A stretch of 64,000 bases of DNA from NCBI GenBank assembly GCA_965205865.1, contig CBDBHR010000027.1, positions 170,923 through 234,922 on the forward strand, given 5' to 3'. Of this stretch, positions 31,086-41,963 are shown piece by piece. The notes under the pieces were generated by a model. That model did not search any database, was not told the DNA's origin, and saw only the letters and a program-made list of their open reading frames with translations. This stretch comes from a bacterium. Lineage in GTDB: Bacteria > SAR324 > NAC60-12. The first letter of the stretch is position 1. Every line of letters starts with the position of its first letter. Both the position numbers and the translations under genes were made by a program.

Positions 31086-31166
31086 GCAAAATTGGGGGAC
31101 ATGTACACCGCTGCAAATCCCAACTCTACTGTTTTATGCCTGCTGTTACGTGTCCCCTAATTTTGC
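31086..31166. repeat. Intergenic inverted-repeat element (AATTRGGGGACA-type)
   Basis: GCAAAATTGGGGGACA ... TGTCCCCTAATTTTGC, 15/16 complementary, about 50-nt loop. Confidence 0.55.
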
Positions 31167-31311
31167 GTATCCATACTTCTAACTTATTTAAATTTCATTC
31201 CTTAAGAAAATCAAAAATTTGCTGAAGAAAGTAACATCGGTAAATTGCGGTGTAAAGGAAATTTCAGGGGTCGGTTTGGCGCATTTCCTTACTGAATCTC
31301 AGGGAAGTTTT

Positions 31312-34300
31312 TCATAAACTGTTTCCATAACCCCCACCACCCGGAGTCATGATGCGGATGCGGTCTCCGGCATGAGCCCGGATTTCATTCTTGCCTCCCA
31401 GATTGAGCACCTGGCCATTTTTCCGAATGAACAGATTCTGTCCCCGCTGTCCCGGCGCGCCTCCCTCCAGTCCATAAGGGGCGAAAGTACGGCGTTCCGA
31501 GAGAATGGCAACGTTCAGCGGTTCCAGAAATTCTATCTCCCGGATCATACCATCTCCACCCTTGAAATTTCCTGAGCCACCCGTTCCTTTGCGGATGCTG
31601 AATTCCCGTAAAACCACGGGATAGCGCCGTTCCAGAATTTCAGGATCGGTGATGCGAGTATTGGTCATGTGGGTATGGACCGCGGACTGTCCATGCCAGG
31701 AAGGTCCGGCACCGGCGCCTCCGCCGATGGTTTCGTAGTAACCGAAGTGGTCGTTGCCAAAGGTCAAATTGTTGGTACAACCCTGAGAGGCTGCGGCAGC
31801 CTTGAAGGCCTTCAACACAACGTCCGTGATGCGTTGGGAAGTCAGCACATTGCCTCCCACCACGGCGGCATGTTCCGAAGGAGCCAACAACGAACCTTCT
31901 TCGATGATCACCCTGATTGGATTCAAACATCCCTGATTGAGCGGGATATCCTCTTGGATGAGACAACGCAGGGAATAGATGAGGGCCGATTGCGTCACTG
32001 CTCGTGGCGCGTTCAAATTGCCCCACAGTTCCGGACCGGTACCCCTGAAATCAAAAATGGCGCTGCCGTCTCGCCGGTCGATCGTCAATTGCAGCGCAAT
32101 GGGGCTGCCGTCATCCAGAAAATCCTCTGCGCAAACCGTATCCACCTCCGCCAGTCCCCGGGAAAGCGACAATTGTTGAAACATGTTTCGCACCGCCTGC
32201 TCCGCATTGCTTTGGATATGATGCATGTAGGCTTGCGTAACCGGCAAAGAATAATGGTCGATCATTTCCAAGAGAAGGTCCACGCCAGTTTGATTGGCCG
32301 CTACCTGTGCTTTCAGGTCTGAAATATTGTCTGAGATCCGGCGGGTCCCGCTGATGGCGGCTTGATCAGGAGCGCGCCGGATCATGCCGGGGGCAAAAAG
32401 CAATTGACGGATTCCTGCTTCATTGAATGATCCCTTGCTTACCAGTTTGAAACTCTTGATGCAGGCCCCTTCCTCTTCCAGGAGTCGTGAAAAAGGCGGC
32501 ATGGATCCTGGAGAAATGCCTCCGATTTCCGCATGATGGCCCCGGCTGGCCAGAAAAAAGATTGGCTTTTTGTTTTGCCAGAGAGGAGTGATCACGGTTA
32601 TATCGGGAAGATGACTGCCTCCCGCGGTGGGATGGTTCGTCACCAGCGCGTCGCCTGCTTTCAAATTGTTCCCCTGCAATCGAATCTGCTGGCGGACGGC
32701 TTCGCTCATCGCCCCGAGGTGTACCGGCACATGAGGCGCATTGGCCACCAGCCCCCCTGTCTCATCGAAAATGGCGCAGGAAAAATCGAGACGCTCCTTG
32801 ATATTGACCGAGATCGAAGTGCGCTCCAGAATTCGCCCCATTTGTTCGGCAATGGACATGAAAAGGTTACTGAAAATAGACAGTTGAATGGGATCGACTC
32901 GAGTGCTGCTTATCAAGCGGCTGGTTTTTCCGCGGCGGCCGACTTGCGCGCCGCCATATCGTAAGTCGCGATCCGCTTTACCGTCTTTGGCGCTCACCTT
33001 GATAGATACGTCTCCATACTTGGTTATTTCTGCCTGGCATCCGGGTTCGATGAGAATGGTAGAGGTTTCTTGCATGAGGATTGCCGGTCCCGCCAGGGAT
33101 TGCCCGGCCTGCAGACTTCCCAAACGGTAAATCGGCGTTTCCAGCCAAGCCTCCGCAAAATAGCAGCGCGTGGTGGCGTCGATTCGAGGGAGGACGTTGC
33201 GGGACTCGATGGGGAATTTTTTCAACTGCGGAGATTTGGCAACAGCTCGCACGCGCAGGTCGTCGATCAGAATCGCGCGATCGAGCAGATCAAATCCGAA
33301 TTCTCTCAGATACGATTGGCGAAAAACCCCTTCGAAATCATTGTCTTCCGGTTGTTCGGTCATGCGGGCCGTGTCGGTTCCCTGGTAGCGGAGATTGAGA
33401 TAGCGCCGCAAACGGATTTGTTCACGAGGATATCCCTGGTCTTGAAGCTCTTTTACGGCGGCTTGCGCCAAAGCTCGTAACCGTGGCATTTCCACTTCTT
33501 GAAATGAGTCGTTTTGGTAAATGGAAGCTGACGGTTCTTGCTTTTCCAGCACCACGTCGGCCAGCCCCATTCCATAAGCTGAAAGAATTCCGGCAAAACG
33601 GTGGATGAAAATTTTGGAGATGCCCAATTCCCTGGCAATCGCGCATGCGTGCTGTCCACCCGCGCCTCCAAAACAGGCCAGCGCGTGTTCCTTGCTGTCA
33701 TAGCCTCGCATGACGGAAATTTCCCGGATCGGACGAACCATCACCTCGTTGGCGACTTCCAGAAATCCCAAGGCGACTTCCTCCACTGACATCGGGTCCA
33801 GTCCCTTGATTGCGTATTGAGCGTTTATTTCCTCCGTCAACGATTCGAAAGCTTGCCGGGAAGCTTCGTAATCGAGGGGTTGGTTTTCACTTTCGCCAAA
33901 AATCTGGGGGAAATAGTCGGCATGCAGACGACCGAGGAACAAATTGGCGTCGGTGATGGTCAAATGCCCGTGTTTACGGTAACAAAGTGGTCCCGGATGA
34001 GCCCCTGCGGATTCAGGGCCCACTTCAAACATGCCATTGCGAAAAAACAAACGAGATCCTCCTCCTGCCGCCACTGTCTTGATTTGCATTTGAGGCGCCT
34101 GGATGCGTACTCCTGCCGTTTCCGTTTCGTGGACGAGTTCGTACTCTCCTCCGAAGCGGGAAACATCGGTGGAAGTGCCACCCATGTCAAACCCGATGAC
34201 AGCCTCTCCGGTCCCTTGATTCCCCGTTGTCATTGCGTATCCCACCACTCCGCCCGCTGGTCCGGACAAGATGGCATTGCTGCCTTTGAAGTGATCGGCT

Positions 34301-35163
34301 CCGACCAACCCGCCGTCCGATTGCATGAACAACAGCGGGGTATCGCTCAGCTGGTCACTGAAACCCGAACGGAAACTATTCAAATACTGGTGGATATGCG
34401 GGGTCAGGTAGGCATCCACGCTGGTGGTGTCACCACGGGCTACCATTTTGACCATCGGCATCACTCGATGAGAAAGGGAAATCTGCGTAAACCCGATTTC
34501 TTCGGCAAGGCGGCCCACTTGTTTTTCGTGCTCATGGTAAGTGTAACCATGGATAAAGACAACCGCCACACTGCGAATACCGGCAACATGCGCATCCTGG
34601 AGTTGACGTCGCGTCTTTGCCAAATCCGGTTTTTGCAGGACCAGCAATTGTTCTCCGGAAATTCCTCTTACGACCTGCGCATCTCCCACCTCTTCTTCTT
34701 TTTGCAACAGCCGCACTCGTTCGTCCACCTCGATCACGGATTCGTACAGCAGTTCCGGTTTTTTAATTTCCAGGTCAAAGATCCGCGGGCGGTTTTGATT
34801 GCCGATCCGTAAAAGATCGGCAAATCCCCGGGTGGTCACCAGAACCGTTCGCGCGCCTTTGCGTTCCAGCAAAGCGTTGGTAGCCACCGTGGTGCCCATA
34901 CGTATCCATTCGATAAGGTCCGCGCGCACCCCCGTCTGCCGGAAATACTCATTCGGCAGTGCAGCGCCGGTCACTTCTTGCAGAATACGGCGGATGCCTT
35001 CCCGTGGCGCATCCGGGTAGTTTTGAGGGTCTTCCGAAAGGAGCTTCACAACCCGAAACCCCGGCTCTCCGGGGATCTCAGCATACACGTCGGTAAACGT
35101 CCCTCCCCGGTCAATGGAAAAACGAAATTTTGAGGATTCAAAACCAGTCAAGAATGATCCCAA
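31312..35163 (-). CDS. Single-chain ATP-dependent 5-oxoprolinase (hydantoinase A+B fusion)
   Basis: [50 protein letters not shown]. Confidence 0.93.
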   Translation of the reverse strand: MGSFLTGFESSKFRFSIDRGGTFTDVYAEIPGEPGFRVVKLLSEDPQNYPDAPREGIRRILQEVTGAALPNEYFRQTGVRADLIEWIRMGTTVATNALLERKGARTVLVTTRGFADLLRIGNQNRPRIFDLEIKKPELLYESVIEVDERVRLLQKEEEVGDAQVVRGISGEQLLVLQKPDLAKTRRQLQDAHVAGIRSVAVVFIHGYTYHEHEKQVGRLAEEIGFTQISLSHRVMPMVKMVARGDTTSVDAYLTPHIHQYLNSFRSGFSDQLSDTPLLFMQSDGGLVGADHFKGSNAILSGPAGGVVGYAMTTGNQGTGEAVIGFDMGGTSTDVSRFGGEYELVHETETAGVRIQAPQMQIKTVAAGGGSRLFFRNGMFEVGPESAGAHPGPLCYRKHGHLTITDANLFLGRLHADYFPQIFGESENQPLDYEASRQAFESLTEEINAQYAIKGLDPMSVEEVALGFLEVANEVMVRPIREISVMRGYDSKEHALACFGGAGGQHACAIARELGISKIFIHRFAGILSAYGMGLADVVLEKQEPSASIYQNDSFQEVEMPRLRALAQAAVKELQDQGYPREQIRLRRYLNLRYQGTDTARMTEQPEDNDFEGVFRQSYLREFGFDLLDRAILIDDLRVRAVAKSPQLKKFPIESRNVLPRIDATTRCYFAEAWLETPIYRLGSLQAGQSLAGPAILMQETSTILIEPGCQAEITKYGDVSIKVSAKDGKADRDLRYGGAQVGRRGKTSRLISSTRVDPIQLSIFSNLFMSIAEQMGRILERTSISVNIKERLDFSCAIFDETGGLVANAPHVPVHLGAMSEAVRQQIRLQGNNLKAGDALVTNHPTAGGSHLPDITVITPLWQNKKPIFFLASRGHHAEIGGISPGSMPPFSRLLEEEGACIKSFKLVSKGSFNEAGIRQLLFAPGMIRRAPDQAAISGTRRISDNISDLKAQVAANQTGVDLLLEMIDHYSLPVTQAYMHHIQSNAEQAVRNMFQQLSLSRGLAEVDTVCAEDFLDDGSPIALQLTIDRRDGSAIFDFRGTGPELWGNLNAPRAVTQSALIYSLRCLIQEDIPLNQGCLNPIRVIIEEGSLLAPSEHAAVVGGNVLTSQRITDVVLKAFKAAAASQGCTNNLTFGNDHFGYYETIGGGAGAGPSWHGQSAVHTHMTNTRITDPEILERRYPVVLREFSIRKGTGGSGNFKGGDGMIREIEFLEPLNVAILSERRTFAPYGLEGGAPGQRGQNLFIRKNGQVLNLGGKNEIRAHAGDRIRIMTPGGGGYGNSL

Positions 35164-35239
35164 TGTCTTGTAAAGGTTAAAATCGGCCTGTGGATAAAAT
35201 GGCCAACCTTTTTATTTTTTACGGGGTCGGTTTTTCGGA

Positions 35240-35617
35240 TCAAGCGGTGACATAGGTGTGGGTGATCACTTCCCAAACATGACCATCATCGCAGTCGAAA
35301 TAAAAGCCCCGTCCTTGATGCAGGTGGTTGATTTTCCCATCCGCGCGTCGCATGGGACTGCTACCGAAAGAGCGCTTCTCTTCCTTTAACCTTTGGAGAA
35401 TATCATCGAATTCCTCGTCTGATGCGAGAAAGGCATAATGATGAGATTCGAAGTTTTCCCTGTCAGTGAAGTCGAGTGTCAGGAAATCATTGATTCGCAC
35501 CGGGGCAAAGCCCTTCCAGAGACCCTCGTACGTCAGGCCCAGCGTGCGCGCGATGAAGGCGGCCGACTTCTCCTTATCGTAGGCGGGGACTATCGTATGA
35601 TCGAGTTGCAGAGCCAT
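35240..35617 (-). CDS. VOC/glyoxalase family protein
   Basis: LDHTIV, HHYAF, GRGFYF..DGHVWE. Confidence 0.85.
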   Translation of the reverse strand: MALQLDHTIVPAYDKEKSAAFIARTLGLTYEGLWKGFAPVRINDFLTLDFTDRENFESHHYAFLASDEEFDDILQRLKEEKRSFGSSPMRRADGKINHLHQGRGFYFDCDDGHVWEVITHTYVTA

Positions 35618-35752
35618 CTTTGATTTTCTCCTGAATGCTTCAAGTAAACGAGAACGTCTTCTGACGTGTTATACAAGGTAATTTTGCAGACGCGGCGCAA
35701 ACCATCTGCTTGAGGTGCTTGAGTGGCAGTATAAAAAATGATCCCCACTTTA

Positions 35753-36133
35753 TTATTTTACAAGGGCCGATGGAATATCAGGACTTTTAGGATTGACTGT
35801 CACTTTTTGTAAACCGGGATTGATGATTAAATCCATATCTTCCATAGGAATTGCCCCCAATAATACGGAATCCCCCATAACAAAGGCGCCCGTGAAGCAG
35901 TTACGGTTTTCAAAATGAATCTGAATGGGCCCCACGTAAGGAACCGCAATCACTCTGCCATCTGCCGTTGTTACCTGACGTTTTTCCAACTCCTTCAGTT
36001 GTAGTTGAAGAGCAACCCGTTCTGAAATACAAATGGTAACGGCACCCGTATCGACAAGGGCCTCGACTTTCACCGGATTCAAGGCGCTCTCTCTCGGATT
36101 TATCAATTCAATATCCGTATAAATCAATCCCAT
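35753..36133 (-). CDS. Clan AA (retropepsin-like) aspartic protease
   Basis: ALVDTGA catalytic motif and LLGAIPMEDMDL. Confidence 0.85.
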   Translation of the reverse strand: MGLIYTDIELINPRESALNPVKVEALVDTGAVTICISERVALQLQLKELEKRQVTTADGRVIAVPYVGPIQIHFENRNCFTGAFVMGDSVLLGAIPMEDMDLIINPGLQKVTVNPKSPDIPSALVK

Positions 36134-36530
36134 CGGTCTTCTCTTGAAATACCCCTTGTCGGTCTGAAACTCGTGTTACCATCACCCTTTCAGGTACTCA
36201 ATTGCATCTGCCTGTCAATCCCTTTGATTTTGTAGCAAAATGCTGCCACTTGAACCAGTCGGTGTGGCATTTCCCAGCATTACTTTTTTGTGTTTTATTG
36301 GAAAATGCAGGCCCATGTCAAGGGATTTTTCAAGAAATATAAAAATTTTGTGGCAATAGATATGGTTGTATTTTCGTGATTCCAAGTACTGATAATTGTG
36401 ATACAAAACTTGACATGTCCTCGACTCAATGGAAGCTTAATTTCAAAGTAGATTGCCATGGCTGTGAATGCGCATATTTCTACCAAGGTAAATCGTACTC
36501 CATTGCGTAAATTTAAAGACATGCAACCCT

Positions 36531-37745
36531 ATGAAACCGAATTATTCTCCGCCTGACTTAGTGCCCTTGGCCAATCTTTTACCTGCCGAACCCTTGTTGT
36601 TGATGGGTGCCGGTCCGGTTCCTCTCCCCCATGCCGTTGCCCAGGCGAACAGCGTCGTCATCAATCATCTTGGTGAAACCATGGACGAGGTGGTGCAAGG
36701 GGTCAAATCGATGGCGCAGTATGCCTTCCAAACCAAATCGGACAAAATCATCGGGGTTGCGGGTCCTTCTTCAGCATCTATGGAAATGGCCATTACCAAC
36801 TTGTTGTGGCCTGGAAGAAAAGCCCTGGTGCTGGCCATCGGCACCTTCAGCAGACGTTTTGGGGAGATGGCGATCGGCGTGGGAGCCGAGGTCACTGTTT
36901 TGGAAGCTCTGAGCGCCCATCCGGTGACGGCTGAAATGCTCGGCTCGGCTCTCGAAAAAGACCACTATGACGTGGTGACCCTGGTGCAGGGAGAGACTTC
37001 TTCGGGGGTATTGAACAAAGAGATGTCTGAAATCACTCGTCTCGCCAAGCAGCATGGGGCATTGGTAATTGTCGACGCGGTCTGCACGCTCACCACAATG
37101 CCCATGCCCATGGATCAATGGCAAGTCGACGCGCTGATCACCGGAGGACAAAAAGGACTGTCTTCGATCCCCGGCGTTTCCATTCTGGCCTTTTCGACGG
37201 AAGCCTGGGAGGTGATTGAAAAACGCGCCGCGCCTGTACCGCACTGGTGTCTCAATGCCAAGCTGGCTCAGCAGTTTTGGGGAAATCAGCAGTACCATTA
37301 CACGGCGCCCGTTCCTGGGATACTGGCTCTTCATGAGGCATTGCGATTGATCTGTCTTGAAACGCTGGAAAAACGCTTTGAGCGTCACCGCATGAGTTCC
37401 AACGCCTTACAAGCCGGAATCGAAGCCATGGGCCTGCGTTTGTTCATTCCCCGTGAATACCGCTTGAATGCTGTTGTATCGATCGCGCTGCCTGCGGAAA
37501 TTGATAGCGTCAGCTTGCGCAAATACATGTCGGACGTCTTTCACGTGGAAATTTCCGGTGCCTTCGGTCTCGATATCGTACGCATCGGGCAGATGGGAGA
37601 ACAGTGCCGCTCGCATAATCTGTTCAAAGTCTTATACGCCCTGGGGATGAGTTTCAAACACGAAGGATTGGATTTGAATGTCAGTGCGGGTATGGCTACT
37701 CTGGAAGAAAACCTGGTACAGGATGCCGAACATTTTGTGGACTGA
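36531..37745 (+). CDS. Class V PLP aminotransferase (alanine-glyoxylate/serine-pyruvate type)
   Basis: LMGAGPV, VQGETSSG, VDAV, TGGQKGL (PLP lysine). Confidence 0.9.
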   Translation: MKPNYSPPDLVPLANLLPAEPLLLMGAGPVPLPHAVAQANSVVINHLGETMDEVVQGVKSMAQYAFQTKSDKIIGVAGPSSASMEMAITNLLWPGRKALVLAIGTFSRRFGEMAIGVGAEVTVLEALSAHPVTAEMLGSALEKDHYDVVTLVQGETSSGVLNKEMSEITRLAKQHGALVIVDAVCTLTTMPMPMDQWQVDALITGGQKGLSSIPGVSILAFSTEAWEVIEKRAAPVPHWCLNAKLAQQFWGNQQYHYTAPVPGILALHEALRLICLETLEKRFERHRMSSNALQAGIEAMGLRLFIPREYRLNAVVSIALPAEIDSVSLRKYMSDVFHVEISGAFGLDIVRIGQMGEQCRSHNLFKVLYALGMSFKHEGLDLNVSAGMATLEENLVQDAEHFVD

Positions 37746-37807
37746 GGAGATCGTCTCTTCAACTAACGGAATGGCCTGCAAGTACCATCTCTCAAAGATT
37801 TGCGACA

Positions 37808-39205
37808 ATGGAAAACGTGGGCGCCGTACAACTTTTCTTTGACAAGGGGACCCTCCTGCTCACCGATTTGCCCGGGGCTCTCCTCCCCCTGCTTCCGGGA
37901 ATCGAATGGGACAAACGAACTCAAAGCCACCGCGCGCCGGCCTATTGCTACCGTAATATCGTGCAGGTTCTGATGAATCAAAATACGGTCTACGAGGACC
38001 ACGCCCGTCAATTCCAATCCCAAGTCTTTTCCCTGCAAAAAACGATTGAGCCACGCCCCTATCAACAAGCAGCCATGCAAGCCTGGCTGGATCAGGGATC
38101 TTACGGCATTGTGGCACTCCCGACAGGATCCGGTAAAACAATGCTGGCAGTCTTGATCATCGAAAAAACGCAACGCCCCACCATGATTCATGTACCCACC
38201 ATCGATTTGATGCACCAGTGGCATTCGGTGCTCCGCCAGTACTTTGCGGGAGAGATCGGCTTGTTGGGTGGCGGTTATCATGAAATCCAAGCCTTGACGA
38301 TCGCTACCTACGATTCGGCCTTACTGCAAGTACCCCACAAAGGCAATCGATTCGGGCTGGTGATTTTTGATGAATGCCATCATCTGCCGGGAGAACAGTA
38401 TCAATACGCGGCGATCAGTTCCATCGCTCCCTTTCGTCTGGGTTTGACCGCCACTCCGGAAGGCGATGATGCGCGTACTTCATTGTTGTATAAGCTCTCC
38501 GGTCCCCTGGCTTACCAGGCGCACATCCACGAATTGAAGGGAAAAACCCTGGCCCCCTATATCGTGCTCACCCTGAAGGTGGAAATGAACGAAAAGGAAT
38601 GGAAAGATTATGTAATCGCCCGCACGTGTTACACTGATTTTTTAAAGATTGAAAAAATCAACTTCGGCCATCCAAGCGGGTGGAATTATTTCCTCTGGAA
38701 AGCAAGTCGCACTCCACATGGACGCCAGGCCTTCAAAGCCTACCTCACCCAAAAACGTCTGAGCCAGGCTTCTGAAGCAAAAATCGAAAAAATCTGGGAA
38801 TTGATTCAGCAGCACCAGGGAGATCGCATCATTGTTTTCACGCAAGACAACGAAATGGCCTATCGCATCGGCAAACTTTTTTTTCTTCCCGTCCTCACCC
38901 ACCTCACTAAATTGAAAGAACGGGAAAACTTCCTGCAAGCCTTTCGCCAGGGAGACTATTCGATACTGGTGACCTCTAAAGTGCTCAATGAAGGGGTGGA
39001 TGTCCCGGATGCCAACGTGGCCATTGTGGTTTCCGGAAGCGGCAGCGTGCGGGAGCATGTCCAGCGTCTCGGGCGCATCCTGCGCGGACGGCCGGGAAAA
39101 CAAGCATACCTTTATGAACTGGTCTCCAAGAGTACGAGTGAACACTTCGTCAATGAAAGACGACGCCGTCATCTGGCCTACCAACAATCCAAAATCTCTC
39201 CCTGA
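37808..39205 (+). CDS. SF2 helicase, XPB/Rad25-like
   Basis: LPTGSGKT, DECHH, GLTAT, NEGVDVP, QRLGRILR. Confidence 0.85.
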   Translation: MENVGAVQLFFDKGTLLLTDLPGALLPLLPGIEWDKRTQSHRAPAYCYRNIVQVLMNQNTVYEDHARQFQSQVFSLQKTIEPRPYQQAAMQAWLDQGSYGIVALPTGSGKTMLAVLIIEKTQRPTMIHVPTIDLMHQWHSVLRQYFAGEIGLLGGGYHEIQALTIATYDSALLQVPHKGNRFGLVIFDECHHLPGEQYQYAAISSIAPFRLGLTATPEGDDARTSLLYKLSGPLAYQAHIHELKGKTLAPYIVLTLKVEMNEKEWKDYVIARTCYTDFLKIEKINFGHPSGWNYFLWKASRTPHGRQAFKAYLTQKRLSQASEAKIEKIWELIQQHQGDRIIVFTQDNEMAYRIGKLFFLPVLTHLTKLKERENFLQAFRQGDYSILVTSKVLNEGVDVPDANVAIVVSGSGSVREHVQRLGRILRGRPGKQAYLYELVSKSTSEHFVNERRRRHLAYQQSKISP

Positions 39206-39253
39206 TGGCCTATGCCGGGAAACATGGCAACGTCAGTCCCCGCAATATGGTAG

Positions 39254-39302
39254 GTAGGGGTTTCGGCCTCTGAAAACAGTAGGTTGGGGTTAAGGCCCCA
39301 AC
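39254..39302. repeat. Two GTAG-type REP-like hairpins
   Basis: GTAGGGGTTTCGGCCTCTGAAAAC and GTAGGTTGGGGTTAAGGCCCCAAC between convergent genes. Confidence 0.4.
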
Positions 39303-39340
39303 TTGGAAGAAACAACAAACCTGTTCATTCGTAATAAGAG

Positions 39341-39715
39341 TTAACCCAGTTTATTGGAAATCTCCTGCAGGAGTTTGCCGATATTGTCGAAGCCTCCCTG
39401 GGTTACTTTCTCCAGGGATTGGATCGCCAGTGTATTGGCGTCCACCTTGCTTTCCAAATCTTCGAACTTGTTTTCCACATTCCCGAGTTTACTTTCAACG
39501 TTCCCGAGTTTACTTTCCAGACCGTCGAATTTACGCTCCAATCTCTGCAAGCCTTCCCGGCTCTCTCTGCGGAAATGAGAGATTTCCTCAAACATTCCAA
39601 CATCTCTCACCGTTTCCCGTTCTTCGATTTCATTGAATTTGTCAATCAGAAGATTGATCTGAGTTTTGGTGTCTTCAAGCGAGTCGAGCGACTCCACTTT
39701 CTGCAATACGATCAT
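39341..39715 (-). CDS. Small heptad-repeat coiled-coil protein
   Basis: KFDGLES-KLGNVES-KLGNVEN-KFEDLES repeats (21-bp DNA tandem near 39480-39520); GGGGAG RBS. Confidence 0.65.
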   Translation of the reverse strand: MIVLQKVESLDSLEDTKTQINLLIDKFNEIEERETVRDVGMFEEISHFRRESREGLQRLERKFDGLESKLGNVESKLGNVENKFEDLESKVDANTLAIQSLEKVTQGGFDNIGKLLQEISNKLG

Positions 39716-39854
39716 GGTCTCCCCTTTTTGATTTTCGTCGGATTTTGTAGTATCGTATGATTTCCTGAATTATCCTTTATACCTCAGCAGAGAAGGGAAA
39801 TCAATGCTTTCCCGGAACCGACCGTGTGCACCATGCGCCAAGCGTTTCGCATAA

Positions 39855-40853
39855 ATGGAGGAGCAAAAGATCGCTATGAAGTACGCCAAATTCGAGATCC
39901 GAAACCGGTTTCACCAGGACACCACTCTACCTCGCTTCAAGGGTTCCATGCTCCGTGGCGCTATGGGTCATGCCCTCAAGGCCACTATCTGCGCGGTACG
40001 GGTGAAAGTGTGCGAACCCTGCATCCTGCGCCCGACCTGCCTCTATGCCCGGATCTTCGAGGTGAAGCCGGATTACCAAAAACAAACCAAACAGGTCAAC
40101 TTTCCACATCCTTACGTCCTGGAATGTTTGGAGGAGCAAACCTTTTTTCAAAAAGACGAGCCCTTTGATTTTTCCCTGATTCTCTTTGGCGACATGACGC
40201 AGTATCTGCCTTATTTCGTATATGCCTTCGAGCAGATGGGCGAAGGAGGAATCGGCAAAAAGGTCAATGGTCAACGTGTCACTTTTTCCGTGATCGACGT
40301 GTCCTGTAATGGAGAAAGGATCTACGAGGAAAACCGGCGCACTCTGCCCGAGGTCATTCCTTTTGTACAACTCGCGCTTCCTGAGTCTCCGGAACAGGAA
40401 ATCACCGGAATGCGGGTACATTTTGAAACCCCGCTGAGGGTCAAGAACAGGGGACAGTATGCCAGAACCCTGGATTTCGTGACCCTGCTGCGCACCCTGC
40501 TGCGCCGTGTCCAACATCTATGGCAGGAATTTGACGGTATGCCCCTCGATCTCAACGAAAAAGCCCTGCTGCAAATTGCGGAAACCGTGAAAACTCAAAA
40601 TCAACATCTTCACTGGGAAGAACAAACCCGTTTTTCCAACAGACAGCAAAACCGGCAAAACCTGGGTGGACTGAAAGGCAATATTGAATTCAAGGGGAAC
40701 CTGACCCCTTTCATACCCCTGCTCGACCTGGCCCGCCTGCTCCATATCGGCAAAGCCACCAGCTTCGGCCTGGGAAAACTGGACTATGACATCATCGCAA
40801 AAACGAACGGTTCGCTGGAGATTCCCGTGAAACAGGTCACGGCGTTCTACTAG
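39855..40853 (+). CDS. cas6: CRISPR pre-crRNA processing endoribonuclease Cas6
   Basis: FKGSMLRGAMG, Cys cluster CAVRVKVCEPCILRPTC, PHPYV, C-terminal G-loop HIGKATSFGLG. Confidence 0.92.
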   Translation: MEEQKIAMKYAKFEIRNRFHQDTTLPRFKGSMLRGAMGHALKATICAVRVKVCEPCILRPTCLYARIFEVKPDYQKQTKQVNFPHPYVLECLEEQTFFQKDEPFDFSLILFGDMTQYLPYFVYAFEQMGEGGIGKKVNGQRVTFSVIDVSCNGERIYEENRRTLPEVIPFVQLALPESPEQEITGMRVHFETPLRVKNRGQYARTLDFVTLLRTLLRRVQHLWQEFDGMPLDLNEKALLQIAETVKTQNQHLHWEEQTRFSNRQQNRQNLGGLKGNIEFKGNLTPFIPLLDLARLLHIGKATSFGLGKLDYDIIAKTNGSLEIPVKQVTAFY

Positions 40854-40895
40854 AATTTATAATTTGTGGCAATATGATATGAGAAAAAGGTAACC

Positions 40896-41954
40896 ATGAC
40901 AGTCTCTGTAGCACGATATTATCAGCGGGAGAAAATCTCTCTCGATTGCACTATTTTAACTCCTATGTTCTTGGGAAATGCCGACCAACATGCTGCGCTT
41001 TCTGCTGCCCCTATCAAAGCGGCTTTGCGCTACTGGTGGCGCGTCAGCGGGGTGCATAATGCAAAAAATTCGGAGGAATTGTTTAAAAAGGAAAGTTGTC
41101 TTTTTGGCAGTGCCGATGAAAAATTTGGCAGAAGTAAAATCTCGGTTTCAGTGGAAGGCATAGTTCAGGCGAGTGATAATCAATTCCGCTCACCTCACAA
41201 AATACAACATCCCGAAGTTCAACTAGGAAAAATCAGTTCATTACTATATCTGGCAAACATGGGAATATTGCATCCATACCTCAAACCAAAATTCAATTAT
41301 TTTCCAACCCTGCAAACATTCAAAATCCACTTATCGTTTCCTGAAAATCTGAACGACCAGTTTCTTCCAACTTTATTTTTATTCCAACATCTGGGAAGTC
41401 TCGGAGCACGGTCGAGAAATGCTTGGGGAAGTGTCGGTATTTCTTCTGGATACACCTCTAAAGAAATTCCAGACAATATTCCCATACAACCTTGGGAAGT
41501 CCTTTTTGAACAGGATTATCCTCATGGAATAGGCAAAGACGAGAAAGGGGTTTTGTTGTGGGAATCGAAAAACACATTCTCAAAGTGGGAAGAAGCTATG
41601 CATATCTTGGCAGAATCTTATGTAGAACTGAGAACCAATGATCCTTTCAAATTCCCTCAAGCATCACTTCCACACAAAGATCCACAACCTCGGCACTTGC
41701 TCGGATACCCTGTTGGAAAAACTCATCGAGTAAAAGATTGGCCAAATTCCGCGCGAAGCGCATCAGAACTGCGCTTTTCACTCAAACCAAGAGAGAATCG
41801 GTTAAAAATAGTTATTTTTCATGTCCCCCATTTGTTTGACAGATCTATGATTAAAACACGACCTCTCAGCCTAAAAGAAGAACAAATTAAAATCTGGAAA
41901 CAAGTTCACAACTATTTTGACCAATCTGACCAATTCCAACGAGCGACTCTTTAA
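40896..41954 (+). CDS. cmr1: Type III-B RAMP Cmr1
   Basis: LTPMFLG, IKAALRYWWR, LFGS, GSLGARSRNAWG. Confidence 0.9.
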   Translation: MTVSVARYYQREKISLDCTILTPMFLGNADQHAALSAAPIKAALRYWWRVSGVHNAKNSEELFKKESCLFGSADEKFGRSKISVSVEGIVQASDNQFRSPHKIQHPEVQLGKISSLLYLANMGILHPYLKPKFNYFPTLQTFKIHLSFPENLNDQFLPTLFLFQHLGSLGARSRNAWGSVGISSGYTSKEIPDNIPIQPWEVLFEQDYPHGIGKDEKGVLLWESKNTFSKWEEAMHILAESYVELRTNDPFKFPQASLPHKDPQPRHLLGYPVGKTHRVKDWPNSARSASELRFSLKPRENRLKIVIFHVPHLFDRSMIKTRPLSLKEEQIKIWKQVHNYFDQSDQFQRATL

Positions 41955-41963
41955 AGGAAAATT

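Noticed and set aside
31640-35020. Long alternative-frame and antisense ORFs (e.g. 33817-34812)
   Set aside because: They are shadows of the GC-rich oxoprolinase gene with no recognisable motifs.
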